Positions 37,284-46,749 of a stretch of 64,000 nucleotides of DNA are shown here, piece by piece; positions within the stretch are counted from its first letter, which is position 1, and every line of letters starts with the position of its first letter. The DNA comes from a virus (taxonomy: Duplodnaviria; Caudoviricetes). Where the stretch lies: the IMG/VR virus record IMGVR_UViG_3300003320_000853; one strand, given 5' to 3'. The notes under the pieces were generated by a model. The model ran no database searches. It was not told where the DNA came from and was given only the letters and a program-made list of their open reading frames with translations. The position numbers and the translations under genes were made by a program.

Positions 37284-37294
37284 TGTTCCTATGC
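37281..37294 (+). promoter_or_regulatory. Putative late-promoter motif
   Basis: TAGTGTTCCTATGC. Confidence 0.45.
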
Positions 37295-37310
37295 GAAAGG
37301 ATCCAGTGTC

Positions 37311-37931
37311 ATGCACCCTCGACAGGCCGCTCTTCTGAACCAGTCCGCCGACCTCACCGAAAAGCTCGCGGCGAAGCCCCCGGGAACCGTACTTTGGGAG
37401 TACACGGATCCGGATGGGAGGGAGTTCTACCTCAAGGAGCGCATCACCACGGTGAAATCTCCCTGGACGGGCAAGAGCTTCACGGCGAAGCCGAAGAAGT
37501 TCACGCCGGCCCAGGTGGGGCAGGAGATGCGGGACGAGAAGAACGAGGCTACTAGCAAGGGGAAGACGCAGAAGTCCGCGGGGCACGAGCAGGGCCTGTG
37601 GGATGCGCTCACGCCCATCGCCGACAACATCATCGGCGGCGCCATCACGAAGACGGCGTTCTCTGTGGCCCCCCTCTCTTCGGACGCTATCAAGGGGATC
37701 TTCCGCGAGTGCAAGACGGCGGCGGACACCTCGGCCAAGATCCGCGAGATCACCCGCAGCGGCGAGGCATACGTCAACGAGGCTGGCGAGTTCTTCCAGA
37801 CGCTCGCGTTTGCCCTCGGGTGCCACAAGAACATGCTCGTCGCGATGGCCTCGAACGATACCCAGGAGGCGGCGCACCAGAGCAAGATGGTCGCGACGTC
37901 GCTGGCTCGTCTCCATGTGCACGGAATCTGA
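37311..37931 (+). CDS. Hypothetical late protein (KLA/KSA/KTA sites)
   Basis: AAGGA RBS; module WEYTDPDGREFY...SPWTG. Confidence 0.65.
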   Translation: MHPRQAALLNQSADLTEKLAAKPPGTVLWEYTDPDGREFYLKERITTVKSPWTGKSFTAKPKKFTPAQVGQEMRDEKNEATSKGKTQKSAGHEQGLWDALTPIADNIIGGAITKTAFSVAPLSSDAIKGIFRECKTAADTSAKIREITRSGEAYVNEAGEFFQTLAFALGCHKNMLVAMASNDTQEAAHQSKMVATSLARLHVHGI

Positions 37932-37933
37932 GG

Positions 37934-38632
37934 ATGGGCCAGGCGAACCCAGAACTGCCCAGGCTGACGGGGCCGGACGAGGAGCACGCGCAGGGGATCC
38001 TGACCATGTGGCACGACCCCTCGATGTACGATCCTCTCCGCGATGGCCCTCCCTATCTTCCTCCGCCTCGGAAGGCTGCCAGCGTGAAGACCGCCGACGA
38101 GGCATCTGCGATGGCCGTCTTGTCGCAGATCCTCCAGAACGTTGCGGCGGCCTATGAGCAGACGCCGATGTCGGAGCTGGCGGTTCTCCTGGCGTTCCTT
38201 CGGGCCGAGGGGATGATCCATCAGTCGCATCACTGGATGACCCGAGGGACGACCTTCTACGGCGACCATCTCCTCTACGATCGGCTCTACAACGACGTCC
38301 AGGAGCACGTCGACCGCGTTGCGGAGCGGGCGGTGGGCTCGGGAGGGCATCTCCTGGCGCATCCGACCCTGCTCGCGGTGCACGTCGCGGAGATCGTGAA
38401 GTCTCTCTACGGGGACACTCCGGAGGACCCGTCCCCCGAGGAATACCCTCTCCTGAGCCTTCGCACAGCACTTCGGTTCCTCGCCGTGCTCCGCATGGTG
38501 TACGCCGTCTTGGAGAAGCGCGGGCAGCTCTCCCATGGCACGGACAACCTCCTCCAGGACATCGCCGACAAGCACGAGGAGCATGTCTACCTTCTCAAGC
38601 AGCGTACAACGGTCTACGATCGTCGGTCGTAG
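37934..38632 (+). CDS. Dps/ferritin-like protein with N-terminal extension
   Basis: HQSHHWMTRGTTFYGDHLLYDRLY...HVDRVAER...NLLQDIADKHEEHVYLL. Confidence 0.8.
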   Translation: MGQANPELPRLTGPDEEHAQGILTMWHDPSMYDPLRDGPPYLPPPRKAASVKTADEASAMAVLSQILQNVAAAYEQTPMSELAVLLAFLRAEGMIHQSHHWMTRGTTFYGDHLLYDRLYNDVQEHVDRVAERAVGSGGHLLAHPTLLAVHVAEIVKSLYGDTPEDPSPEEYPLLSLRTALRFLAVLRMVYAVLEKRGQLSHGTDNLLQDIADKHEEHVYLLKQRTTVYDRRS

Positions 38633-38656
38633 ACCTTGAAATCAAAGGCAAATCAG

Positions 38657-39676
38657 ATGGCACAAGATCGCACGGGATACAAGCATGGTGTCGGCATCGA
38701 CATCGGGACGATGAATCTCGTCTCCGCTCGCATGGTGGGCGAGGACGTCCGCACGAAGCGGATGCGGGACGCCTTCATCGACCTCGATCCGGAGGTGAAG
38801 AAGCAGCTCCGGCTCTCGAAGGTCTCCTACGTCGAGCAGAACGGGTCTCTTCTCGTTCTCGGGGATTCGGCGATGGTGATGGCGAACCTCTTCAAGCGGG
38901 AGGTTCGCCGGCCGCTTTCGCGTGGGGTGATCTCGGCCGGCGAGCTGGAGGCCCAGCAGATCCTCTCCCTGCTCATCTACCACGTGCTCGAAGATCCTAC
39001 GGTGCCGGACGAGCATTGCTTCTACTCCGTGCCGGCGGTGCCGATCGACGATCCGGATCAGGATGTCGTCTACCACACGGAAATCTTCCGCAAGATCATT
39101 GCCGAGCACGGCTACCGCCCACATCCGATGAACGAGGCGATGGCGATCATCTACAGCCAGTGCGTCGCCGAACAGTTCTCGGGTCTCGCGATCTCGTTTG
39201 GCTCGGGGATGGCGAACGTGGCCCTCGCCTATCAGACGGTGAAAGGGATGGACTTCGCGCTCTCCCGGGGCGGCGACTGGATCGATGCCCACTCGGCCAA
39301 GGCGACCGGCTCGACGGCGGCCCGGATGTGCGCGATCAAGGAGAAGGGCGTCAATCTCGCGAAGCCGAACGGGCGCGAGGAGGAGGCCATCACGCTCTAC
39401 ATCCGGACGTTGATCCGCTACTGCCTGGAGAACATCGCCGCCCAGTTCCGGAGGGTGCAGAGCACCCTCAGCCTCCAGGAGCCGATCCCCTTCGTGGTCT
39501 CGGGCGGTACGAGTCTCGCCGGGGGTTTCCTCGACGCCTTCAAGGAAGAGTTCGAGACCGTCAAGAAGAAGGGCTTCCCGATTCAGATCAGTGGGATCCG
39601 GACGGCGAAGAACCCCATGACGGCCGTGGCCGAGGGCCTCCTCGTGCTCGCCATGGAAGAGCACGCCGACCAGTAG
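38657..39676 (+). CDS. Actin-like ATPase (MreB/ParM-type fold)
   Basis: GIDIGTMN (phosphate 1), RRPLSRGVI, NEAMA, SFGSGMAN, GGDWID, VVSGGTS, AVAEG. Confidence 0.8.
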   Translation: MAQDRTGYKHGVGIDIGTMNLVSARMVGEDVRTKRMRDAFIDLDPEVKKQLRLSKVSYVEQNGSLLVLGDSAMVMANLFKREVRRPLSRGVISAGELEAQQILSLLIYHVLEDPTVPDEHCFYSVPAVPIDDPDQDVVYHTEIFRKIIAEHGYRPHPMNEAMAIIYSQCVAEQFSGLAISFGSGMANVALAYQTVKGMDFALSRGGDWIDAHSAKATGSTAARMCAIKEKGVNLAKPNGREEEAITLYIRTLIRYCLENIAAQFRRVQSTLSLQEPIPFVVSGGTSLAGGFLDAFKEEFETVKKKGFPIQISGIRTAKNPMTAVAEGLLVLAMEEHADQ

Positions 39677-39684
39677 GAGGCGTC

Positions 39685-39960
39685 ATGCCGGTCTGTTCAC
39701 GCTGCGGTACTGACCACTCCGAGCCGGGGGTAGGGGATAGACTCCTCGAAGCCTCAAGGCAAGAGTCGCGTGAAAGGGAGGACATTCACGCCATGCTCAT
39801 GCGTGGCGAGGATGATGGGCGGCGAAGCTCGAACGCCGCCTTCCTCCGAATGTCAGGCTACCTCTCCTGCCTCATGAGAAGTCTCGACGCGCTCCCGGTT
39901 CAGCCCGTACAGCCTGGGCCTACCGCGTGGGAAGTGCTCCTTGGGGAGGACGGGATCTGA
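39685..39960 (+). CDS. Hypothetical protein with C-terminal PTAWEVLLGED motif
   Basis: AGGAGG RBS; MPVCSRCGTDH. Confidence 0.6.
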   Translation: MPVCSRCGTDHSEPGVGDRLLEASRQESREREDIHAMLMRGEDDGRRSSNAAFLRMSGYLSCLMRSLDALPVQPVQPGPTAWEVLLGEDGI

Positions 39961-39961
39961 G

Positions 39962-41128
39962 ATGTACTACTACTTGGTCGGCTCCCTCAAGCGCAGGCTC
40001 ATCAATGAGCTGAAAGAGTCGTTCGCGCAGCATCCGATCTACGAGAAGATCGTCCCCTTCATCCAGAACAAGTACGCTTTCGACGAGCGACCGCAATACG
40101 GTATCGTGGTCAAGGGTTCGAGCGCGAACAAGGTACAGCTCTCGGGGGACAACTTCCTCGCCGTCGTGTCGAGCCACGTCATGCTCGCGTACATCGGGAC
40201 GACGCCGACCTACCCTCTCGAATGGATCCGAGAGGATCTGAATGTCGTACGAGCTGCGGGGGATACCTTCCCGAGCCGACCTGGGATCTACTTCATGGAG
40301 ATCCTCAAGCAGCCTGAGAATGCACAGGATCCCGGGCTCTTCGTCATCGACCCCCAGTATACGGTGACGGATGAGCCCGTGCTCCGGTTCATCTCGGGCT
40401 ACGAACACGAAGCGCATCTCCAGGACGTGCCCCTCAAGAATACGCTGCGTCTCTGGCTGAACGGCAACATCCTCCTCGATGAGGGGGAAGACTACGCGGT
40501 CGATTGGTCGACCGGGGAACTCACGATCCAGAAACATCAGCCGCCGGAGGCGACGCTCACCGCGGACTACCGGACGGTGGGGCCTTCAACAGATCCCGTT
40601 CAGTTCTTCTGGAACACGTCGGACGTCAAGACGATCCCCGGCGTCGTTCTCGCCTTTGGCAAGCGCGCTCGGAAGGGGGACAAGGTTGCCATCGTTGTCT
40701 ATCAAGACCGGGTCGACGCGGCGTTTGCCTACGGAGGGAAGTTCGACGCGACCTTCGAGTTCGACGTCATCTCCCGTGATCCGAACCAGATGGAGGAGAT
40801 CGCCGACCTCGTGATCATGTACCTGTGGGGCACACGCAAGCCTGTCCTGGAGTACGAGGGCATCGAGATCATGGACATCTCGATGGGTGGCGAGACCGAG
40901 GAGACCTACGACGAGACGGCGGACGAATACTACTACAACGCCTCGATCTCGATCACGCTTCGCGCCGATTGGGAGATCCACGTTCCGTTGCCGCTCACGA
41001 TCAGCAAAGTCTCTCCGACGACGCAGACTGGGGCTCCTGGGATCGTTGGGGGCCTTCCGAGCGCGCTATTCTTCGCCACCGTGCCTACTCTTCCGGGCCG
41101 CAACAACAACTTCGAGCGCATCATCTAG
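39962..41128 (+). CDS. Tail terminator/completion-like protein
   Basis: FEFDVISRDPNQMEEIADLV...YYNASISITLRADW; lies before the sheath. Confidence 0.55.
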   Translation: MYYYLVGSLKRRLINELKESFAQHPIYEKIVPFIQNKYAFDERPQYGIVVKGSSANKVQLSGDNFLAVVSSHVMLAYIGTTPTYPLEWIREDLNVVRAAGDTFPSRPGIYFMEILKQPENAQDPGLFVIDPQYTVTDEPVLRFISGYEHEAHLQDVPLKNTLRLWLNGNILLDEGEDYAVDWSTGELTIQKHQPPEATLTADYRTVGPSTDPVQFFWNTSDVKTIPGVVLAFGKRARKGDKVAIVVYQDRVDAAFAYGGKFDATFEFDVISRDPNQMEEIADLVIMYLWGTRKPVLEYEGIEIMDISMGGETEETYDETADEYYYNASISITLRADWEIHVPLPLTISKVSPTTQTGAPGIVGGLPSALFFATVPTLPGRNNNFERII

Positions 41129-41134
41129 GACCCC

Positions 41135-41581
41135 ATGCCCAAGTACGTCTTCCAGTGCCAGATGGAGGGGTGCAACGTACGCTTCGAGCGCACGCTCCCC
41201 CTCGACAACCACAAGTCGCACGCCTGCCCGATCTGCGGGGAGCAAGCTCCGCGGCATCTCGAAGGCGAGGGGTTCGGTTTCGCTTTCACCGGCAAGGCGA
41301 CGGGCTCGACCGCGAACACAGGCGTCCACAAGGAGGACTACCCCACGGCCGATCATGCGGTTGGCCGGTCGGCGGAGGCCCGGTGGGGGGAATACGATGC
41401 GAGGGCCAAGGTGAAGGACGCGGCCCGCAAGCAAGGGGGAAGTCCGGCCCTCATCCGCCACACGACGCCTGGCCATCTCGACTACGAGCCCATGAGCGAC
41501 GGGGGTCGAATCGCGCGTCGCAACCTCGCCAAGAAGGCCGTCCAGACGCTGCGGGAGAAGGCCGAGAGCCGGAAGCGCTAG
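41135..41581 (+). CDS. FmdB-like Zn-ribbon protein
   Basis: MPKYVFQCQMEGC...ACPICG. Confidence 0.7.
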   Translation: MPKYVFQCQMEGCNVRFERTLPLDNHKSHACPICGEQAPRHLEGEGFGFAFTGKATGSTANTGVHKEDYPTADHAVGRSAEARWGEYDARAKVKDAARKQGGSPALIRHTTPGHLDYEPMSDGGRIARRNLAKKAVQTLREKAESRKR

Positions 41582-41592
41582 TTCTCTTATCC
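41579..41592 (+). promoter_or_regulatory. Putative late promoter TAGTTCTCTTATCC
   Basis: Identical copy at 58877 and 13/14 match at 49534. Confidence 0.65.
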
Positions 41593-41656
41593 CTGCCCGG
41601 TGGTTGTGGGAAGTATCTCCCACGGGATGAACCCTCATCTCTCCGAGGAGTCCTGA

Positions 41657-44600
41657 ATGGCCACCCCTGACCAGACTTTCGCCACGTTCACCCCCACGCC
41701 GGACATGGCGCCCGGGGTCTACACCCAGACGTTCTCCGATCAGAACGTGGCGAACCTCCTCGGCGGGATCCGCATCCCCGCGATCATTGGCGTCGGCCAA
41801 GAGGAGTTGACTCAGACCGATCTGGAGATGGTGCGCGGGAGCAGCACCTCGATCGATCAGCAGATCGTCAACGAGGACGTGAGCATGGAGTGGGTGGTCG
41901 ATGCGACCAACCCGCAGAATCTCATCCTCGGGGCACAGGACGGGACGCGGACGCAGTTCCGAGTGCGGAACTTCCCCATCGTCGACGGCAGCGGCGTCGG
42001 TCGCGTGACGACGCAGGGGAACACCGTGTCCGTCACGGTGAATGGGTCTCCGGTCTCGGTCGGATCGGTTCAGGGTCAGCAAGGGCTCGTCACCCTCCAG
42101 GTGCCGACGCAACCGACCGATGCGGTGCGGGTGACGTACTTCTTTCACCGCGGGGACACGTCTTTCACGGATGATGTGTCGGCTCAGGTCACGACCACGG
42201 ATGCGATCCTCATCACGCCCGGGTTCGAGCCCTTCGCCATCACCCAGGGGACGAACGACAGTTTCATCCTCGTCGTGGCTGGGACGAGCTACACGATCCC
42301 ATTCACGGCGGGAAGCCTGACGGCGGCGAACATCAAGAGCCAGATCGATCAGGCCAACATCCCGAACCTCGTGACGTCGGTCTTCATCGACAACCAAGGG
42401 CTCAAGCACGTTCAGCTCACGACGCCGGTCTCGATGGTGGTCGGCTCGGGCACGGCGAACGGTCCGCTCGGGTTCACGACAGGCACGAAGACGAACCGGA
42501 ACACAGCATTCCGTGTCTTCCAGAGGCCCATCGTCGATGGGTCGAGCGGGGGCATCACCACGACGGATACCAGCAAGGTCGTCGTCATGGTGAACGGTTC
42601 CCAGGTGATCCCGACGTCGGTCGACGGGACGAACGGCATCGTGACGCTGTCTGCTCCGCCGGCCAAGGGTTCGACGGTCACGATCCAATACTTCGCCAAC
42701 ACGTGGCAGGACACCTTCGACTACCTGCCCAACACCCTGGTCACTACGGTCGCCCGTTGCGGGATCTCCCCGGGCCGTTCGGACTTCATCCAGGGTCAGG
42801 ACTTCGTGATCTCGAATCCTTCGTCGGACGTCTCGATCGTCCACTGGGGTACGAGCTTCGTCGTCTCGGCGACCCGAACGACGCCCGGCGCCACGCCGTT
42901 CAACGACTCCCAGATCATCGGTTCGCTCGTCGACGAGAAGCTGTACCTCGCTCCCTGCACGCCGGTGGTCGACACGACCGTGCTTCCGGCGAAGGTCTCC
43001 TCGACGCAGTTCCTCCTCCCCGAGGTCCCGACGACAGGAAACGGGAGGTCGACCACCCTCGGAACGACGCTCTTCAACGCGATCACGAACAACCGGCAAG
43101 ACCTCATCACGAACCGGCCGGATCTCGTCGTGGTCTTCGCCGGTCGTACGCTCCGCGATGCCTTGAACCGGGCTCCGCTGAAGGTGACCGTGGTCGACGG
43201 TGCGAACCGGACGATCACCCTCCAGAATCCGATTCCCCCGGACTGGATCGTGTACGCGACGTTCAACTACAACCGGATCGTCGACGACACCTACATCTTC
43301 ACGTGCCTCACGCCTGGTGCGATCGGTATCGGCCAATACAGCGTCTTCTCCGCCCTCCAGAACACGAACCTCTTCCAGACGAGGTTCGGTACGAAGACGG
43401 GTCTCTCCGAGATCGTTCAATGGCCCCGCGGGGTCGAGACGGTGCCGGACGCCTTCCACACGGGGAAGGGTACGCCGGTCGCCGAGACGGTCACGGTGAC
43501 CTTCGGGCAAGCTCCGGCTACGAACGCGGCTTTCACGAACAATCTCGCGGAGCCCTACTCGTTCTTCTCGCCCTCCTCGGCGACGTGGGCGATGTCGTTC
43601 AATGGGAACAACTTCACGACGAACCTCACGTCGGCGGCGCCGGCCTTCCTCGTCTCCGGGCACGTCACGCCGATCCAGTCAGGCGGCAACGCTGGCAAGA
43701 TCCTCATCCCGTCGGCTCCGGGGAACGTCCTCAACTTCCTCATCGACGGTCTCGTGGCCGCCGCGACGGGTTCGATCACGGTGGTGGGCGGCGCCAGCCT
43801 GGTCGACGGGGAGACCTTCACGATCAGCGATGGCGTGAACACGCCGACGACCTTCGAGTTCGATTCCAACTCTTCGGTCACTGCGGGTCATGTCGCGGTC
43901 ACCTTCACCAACGGTGACTCGGCAACAACGGTTCGGGACGCGGTCATCGCTGCGATCAACGGCGTGGGTGCCGGTCTCGCCGTCACTGCCTCGAATGGGG
44001 GCTCGGCCAAGGTCAGCCTCGTCAACGATGTCGTGGGCACGGCGGGCAACCAGCCGATCACGGAGACGGTGGCCAACTCCGGCTTCGTTGCCATCGGCAT
44101 GACCGGCGGCAACGGGCAGATTTCCGTGCCGATCACGGCGGGCGACCGATCGCCGACGCAGATCGTTGCCGACATCAACACGGTCATCGACGCGACCGCT
44201 CCGTTCGCGGGCACGGCTCCGAACAACCTCGCGGCGTTCGCGCAGATCGGCGGCTCGACCGGGGACGTGTTCTTCATCATCAAGAGCATCACGACGCCGG
44301 GAGCTCTTCCGGGTGGTTTTGACGCGCTCTCGAAGGTCGAGATCCTCCAGGGGACGGTGGAGAGCCTCCTTGGCTTCAAGGACTTCCAGACGGCTCTCGG
44401 GACCCCGGGTGCGATCAACAAGCCCGCCACCCTGCTGGGCTCGCTCGCGGGTCCGTTCAACATCACGGCGGGCCTGAACGACAACTTCCAGTTCACGATG
44501 AACGGGGCGGCGTACCAGGTGACGCTCCCTGCGGGCGGCAGCGTCGCGGCTTCGGCTGTCGTCGGGGCGATCAACGCCGTCATTGCCGGGGTGGCTTCGG

Positions 44601-46312
44601 CTGGCAGCGGGGTGAACGCCAACAAGGTGCGCCTCACCTCGGTGACGAACGACACGAAATCTTCGCTCGTCATCGGCGGCGGCACGGCGAACGTCGTGCT
44701 CGGGTTCGTGCAGAACCAGACGGCTTCGCAGACCCTCGTCACGGCACAGGAGGTCGTGGACGCGCTCCTCGCGACCGCGGGTCTTTTGGCCCAAGGGGTG
44801 GCGTACGTCGACCCGATCAACGGGGCGAACTTCATCACCTTCGAGTCGCTCACCACGGGCACGACGGGAAGCAGCATCGTCTTCCAGGCGGGGACCAACT
44901 CGGCCTTCAACCCGACGACGGGGATCGGCCTCACGCCGGGCGTGGATGGGGACATCGGCGAGGATGCGCTCAACAACTACGTCGTCTCCTCGAACAACCC
45001 CAACGGGTCGGGCGGCACGGGCATCCCCGGGCAGACCTACACGGATGCGAAGACCGGCCTCCGGTTCACCATCCTGCCGGCGACGACGGGCTCCTACGAC
45101 AGCAGCGGGACGTTCACGCTATCGGTGTCGCAGACCTTCCAGGTCGACCCGTCGCGGCCCTTCCTCGCGGTGCCCGGCCTGGAGATCGCCGTCGCGAACA
45201 CGGTGAACGTGGGGGTCAACGACACGGCCACCGTTCAGACCTTCAACCCCGGGGGTCTCGAACCGGCCATCGGCGACTTCTACTTCATCACCTACAACTT
45301 CATGAAGCAGGACTTCTCGCCGAAGCTCTTCCGGACGATCAAGACGATCACCCAGAACTTCGGCGAGGTCTCCGCCGAGAACCGTCTGAGCCTCGGAGCC
45401 TTCCTGGCCATCACGAACGGTGCGCTCCTCGTCGAGCTCCTCCAGGTGCTCAAGGCGCCGAACACGAACCAGGCGACCGACACGAGCTTCCTGAACGCGC
45501 TCGACACGCTCAAGCAACCGCTTCCGGGCCAGATCAAGCCGAACATCATCGTGCCGCTCGCGACGACCACGAGTGTCTACTCGCGGCTCATGCAGCACGT
45601 CGAGACGCAGAGCAGCGTCCAGAACCAGAGCGAGCGGATGGGGTTCATCGGCTTCGCCTCGGGGACCAACGCGACCAACGCGCAGACGATCGCTCGCGGT
45701 CTCGTGTCGAACCGCATCGTGGCCTTCTTCCCTGACTCCGTGGTCATCACGCTCACGGACGCGACGGGGGCCTCGTTCGACTCTCTCGTGGACGGGACCT
45801 TCTTCGCGGCTGCGGTCGCGGGTGCGGTCGTGGCCCCGAGCGTCGACGTCGCGACGCCGTACACCCGGCGCCGGATCAACGGGTTCACCAGCATCCCGAC
45901 GATCCTCGACCCGGTGACGGCGAACCAGTGCCAGGGGGCCGGCGTGACCCTGATGGAGGATCTGTCGACCTTCATCCGGATCCGCCAGGGCGTCACGACG
46001 AACATGAGCACCGTGCTCACCCAGCTCCCGACCGTGACGCAGATCGCGGACTACGTGCAGCAACAGAGCCGGATCGCGCTCGATGCCTTCGTCGGCACCA
46101 AGTTCCTCGCGACCCGCACGAACGAGGTCAACGTCTCGATGACGGGCCTCTTCAAGCAGCTCGTCCAGGCGGAGATCGTCGGGGCCTTCTCGGGCATCTC
46201 GTCGGCCATCGACGCGAACAACCCGACCATCCTCCGGTTCCAGGCGTTCTACCAGCCGATCTTCCCCCTCCTCTTCCTCGTCCTCCAGTTCAACCTGCGC
46301 GCGAGCATCTAG
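41657..46312 (+). CDS. Contractile tail sheath protein (1551 aa)
   Basis: N-terminal APGVYTQT...IPAIIGVG; C-terminal sheath domain (ERMGFIG...IRIRQGVTT...IADYVQ...FYQPIFPLLFL). Confidence 0.9.
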   Translation: MATPDQTFATFTPTPDMAPGVYTQTFSDQNVANLLGGIRIPAIIGVGQEELTQTDLEMVRGSSTSIDQQIVNEDVSMEWVVDATNPQNLILGAQDGTRTQFRVRNFPIVDGSGVGRVTTQGNTVSVTVNGSPVSVGSVQGQQGLVTLQVPTQPTDAVRVTYFFHRGDTSFTDDVSAQVTTTDAILITPGFEPFAITQGTNDSFILVVAGTSYTIPFTAGSLTAANIKSQIDQANIPNLVTSVFIDNQGLKHVQLTTPVSMVVGSGTANGPLGFTTGTKTNRNTAFRVFQRPIVDGSSGGITTTDTSKVVVMVNGSQVIPTSVDGTNGIVTLSAPPAKGSTVTIQYFANTWQDTFDYLPNTLVTTVARCGISPGRSDFIQGQDFVISNPSSDVSIVHWGTSFVVSATRTTPGATPFNDSQIIGSLVDEKLYLAPCTPVVDTTVLPAKVSSTQFLLPEVPTTGNGRSTTLGTTLFNAITNNRQDLITNRPDLVVVFAGRTLRDALNRAPLKVTVVDGANRTITLQNPIPPDWIVYATFNYNRIVDDTYIFTCLTPGAIGIGQYSVFSALQNTNLFQTRFGTKTGLSEIVQWPRGVETVPDAFHTGKGTPVAETVTVTFGQAPATNAAFTNNLAEPYSFFSPSSATWAMSFNGNNFTTNLTSAAPAFLVSGHVTPIQSGGNAGKILIPSAPGNVLNFLIDGLVAAATGSITVVGGASLVDGETFTISDGVNTPTTFEFDSNSSVTAGHVAVTFTNGDSATTVRDAVIAAINGVGAGLAVTASNGGSAKVSLVNDVVGTAGNQPITETVANSGFVAIGMTGGNGQISVPITAGDRSPTQIVADINTVIDATAPFAGTAPNNLAAFAQIGGSTGDVFFIIKSITTPGALPGGFDALSKVEILQGTVESLLGFKDFQTALGTPGAINKPATLLGSLAGPFNITAGLNDNFQFTMNGAAYQVTLPAGGSVAASAVVGAINAVIAGVASAGSGVNANKVRLTSVTNDTKSSLVIGGGTANVVLGFVQNQTASQTLVTAQEVVDALLATAGLLAQGVAYVDPINGANFITFESLTTGTTGSSIVFQAGTNSAFNPTTGIGLTPGVDGDIGEDALNNYVVSSNNPNGSGGTGIPGQTYTDAKTGLRFTILPATTGSYDSSGTFTLSVSQTFQVDPSRPFLAVPGLEIAVANTVNVGVNDTATVQTFNPGGLEPAIGDFYFITYNFMKQDFSPKLFRTIKTITQNFGEVSAENRLSLGAFLAITNGALLVELLQVLKAPNTNQATDTSFLNALDTLKQPLPGQIKPNIIVPLATTTSVYSRLMQHVETQSSVQNQSERMGFIGFASGTNATNAQTIARGLVSNRIVAFFPDSVVITLTDATGASFDSLVDGTFFAAAVAGAVVAPSVDVATPYTRRRINGFTSIPTILDPVTANQCQGAGVTLMEDLSTFIRIRQGVTTNMSTVLTQLPTVTQIADYVQQQSRIALDAFVGTKFLATRTNEVNVSMTGLFKQLVQAEIVGAFSGISSAIDANNPTILRFQAFYQPIFPLLFLVLQFNLRASI

Positions 46313-46331
46313 CTCTGGCCCATACGCAGGA

Positions 46332-46360
46332 TTGACAGCTTCCAGGTCCGAGTGTAGTCT
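46332..46360 (+). promoter_or_regulatory. Sigma70-type promoter TTGACA-17 nt-TAGTCT
   Basis: Consensus -35, 17-bp spacer, GTG-TAGTCT. Confidence 0.7.
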
Positions 46361-46380
46361 CGGTGGCTGGAGGCTTACTT

Positions 46381-46569
46381 ATGTCTGAGATCGATCCGGA
46401 CCCTCTCAAGGTACACGGCATCAACATGCAGGTAGACTTCGTCGAGCGGCCTGCTTGCCTGACGTGCAAGCAGTGGGTTATCTCGCCTGACGGGACTCCC
46501 GATCCCGTCAAGTGCCCCACTTGTGGTGGGGCCTTGACGACGGGTATCCGACCCGAGGCCGGATACTAG
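46381..46569 (+). CDS. Small Zn-ribbon protein
   Basis: GGAGG RBS; CLTC...CPTC. Confidence 0.6.
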   Translation: MSEIDPDPLKVHGINMQVDFVERPACLTCKQWVISPDGTPDPVKCPTCGGALTTGIRPEAGY

Positions 46570-46700
46570 CGGGAGGCTGTCTTCTTCCTCCGGGGCGCCG
46601 CCTTGCGGCGGGCCTTCGGGGTGTGGCTCTTGAGGAGCGCGACCGCGGTGATGACCGTGGCCATGGACGAGAGCAACTCGGCGATTTCGTGCAGGTTCAT
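46566..46700 (-). CDS. Small membrane peptide with basic tail (44 aa)
   Basis: MNLHEIAELLSSMATVITAVALLKSHTPKARRKAAPRRKKTASR; AAGGGG upstream. Confidence 0.4.
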   Translation of the reverse strand: MNLHEIAELLSSMATVITAVALLKSHTPKARRKAAPRRKKTASR

Positions 46701-46749
46701 GCCTACCCCTTGAGCACGCCCTGATCCAACCCCTATGCTGCCGTAATCA

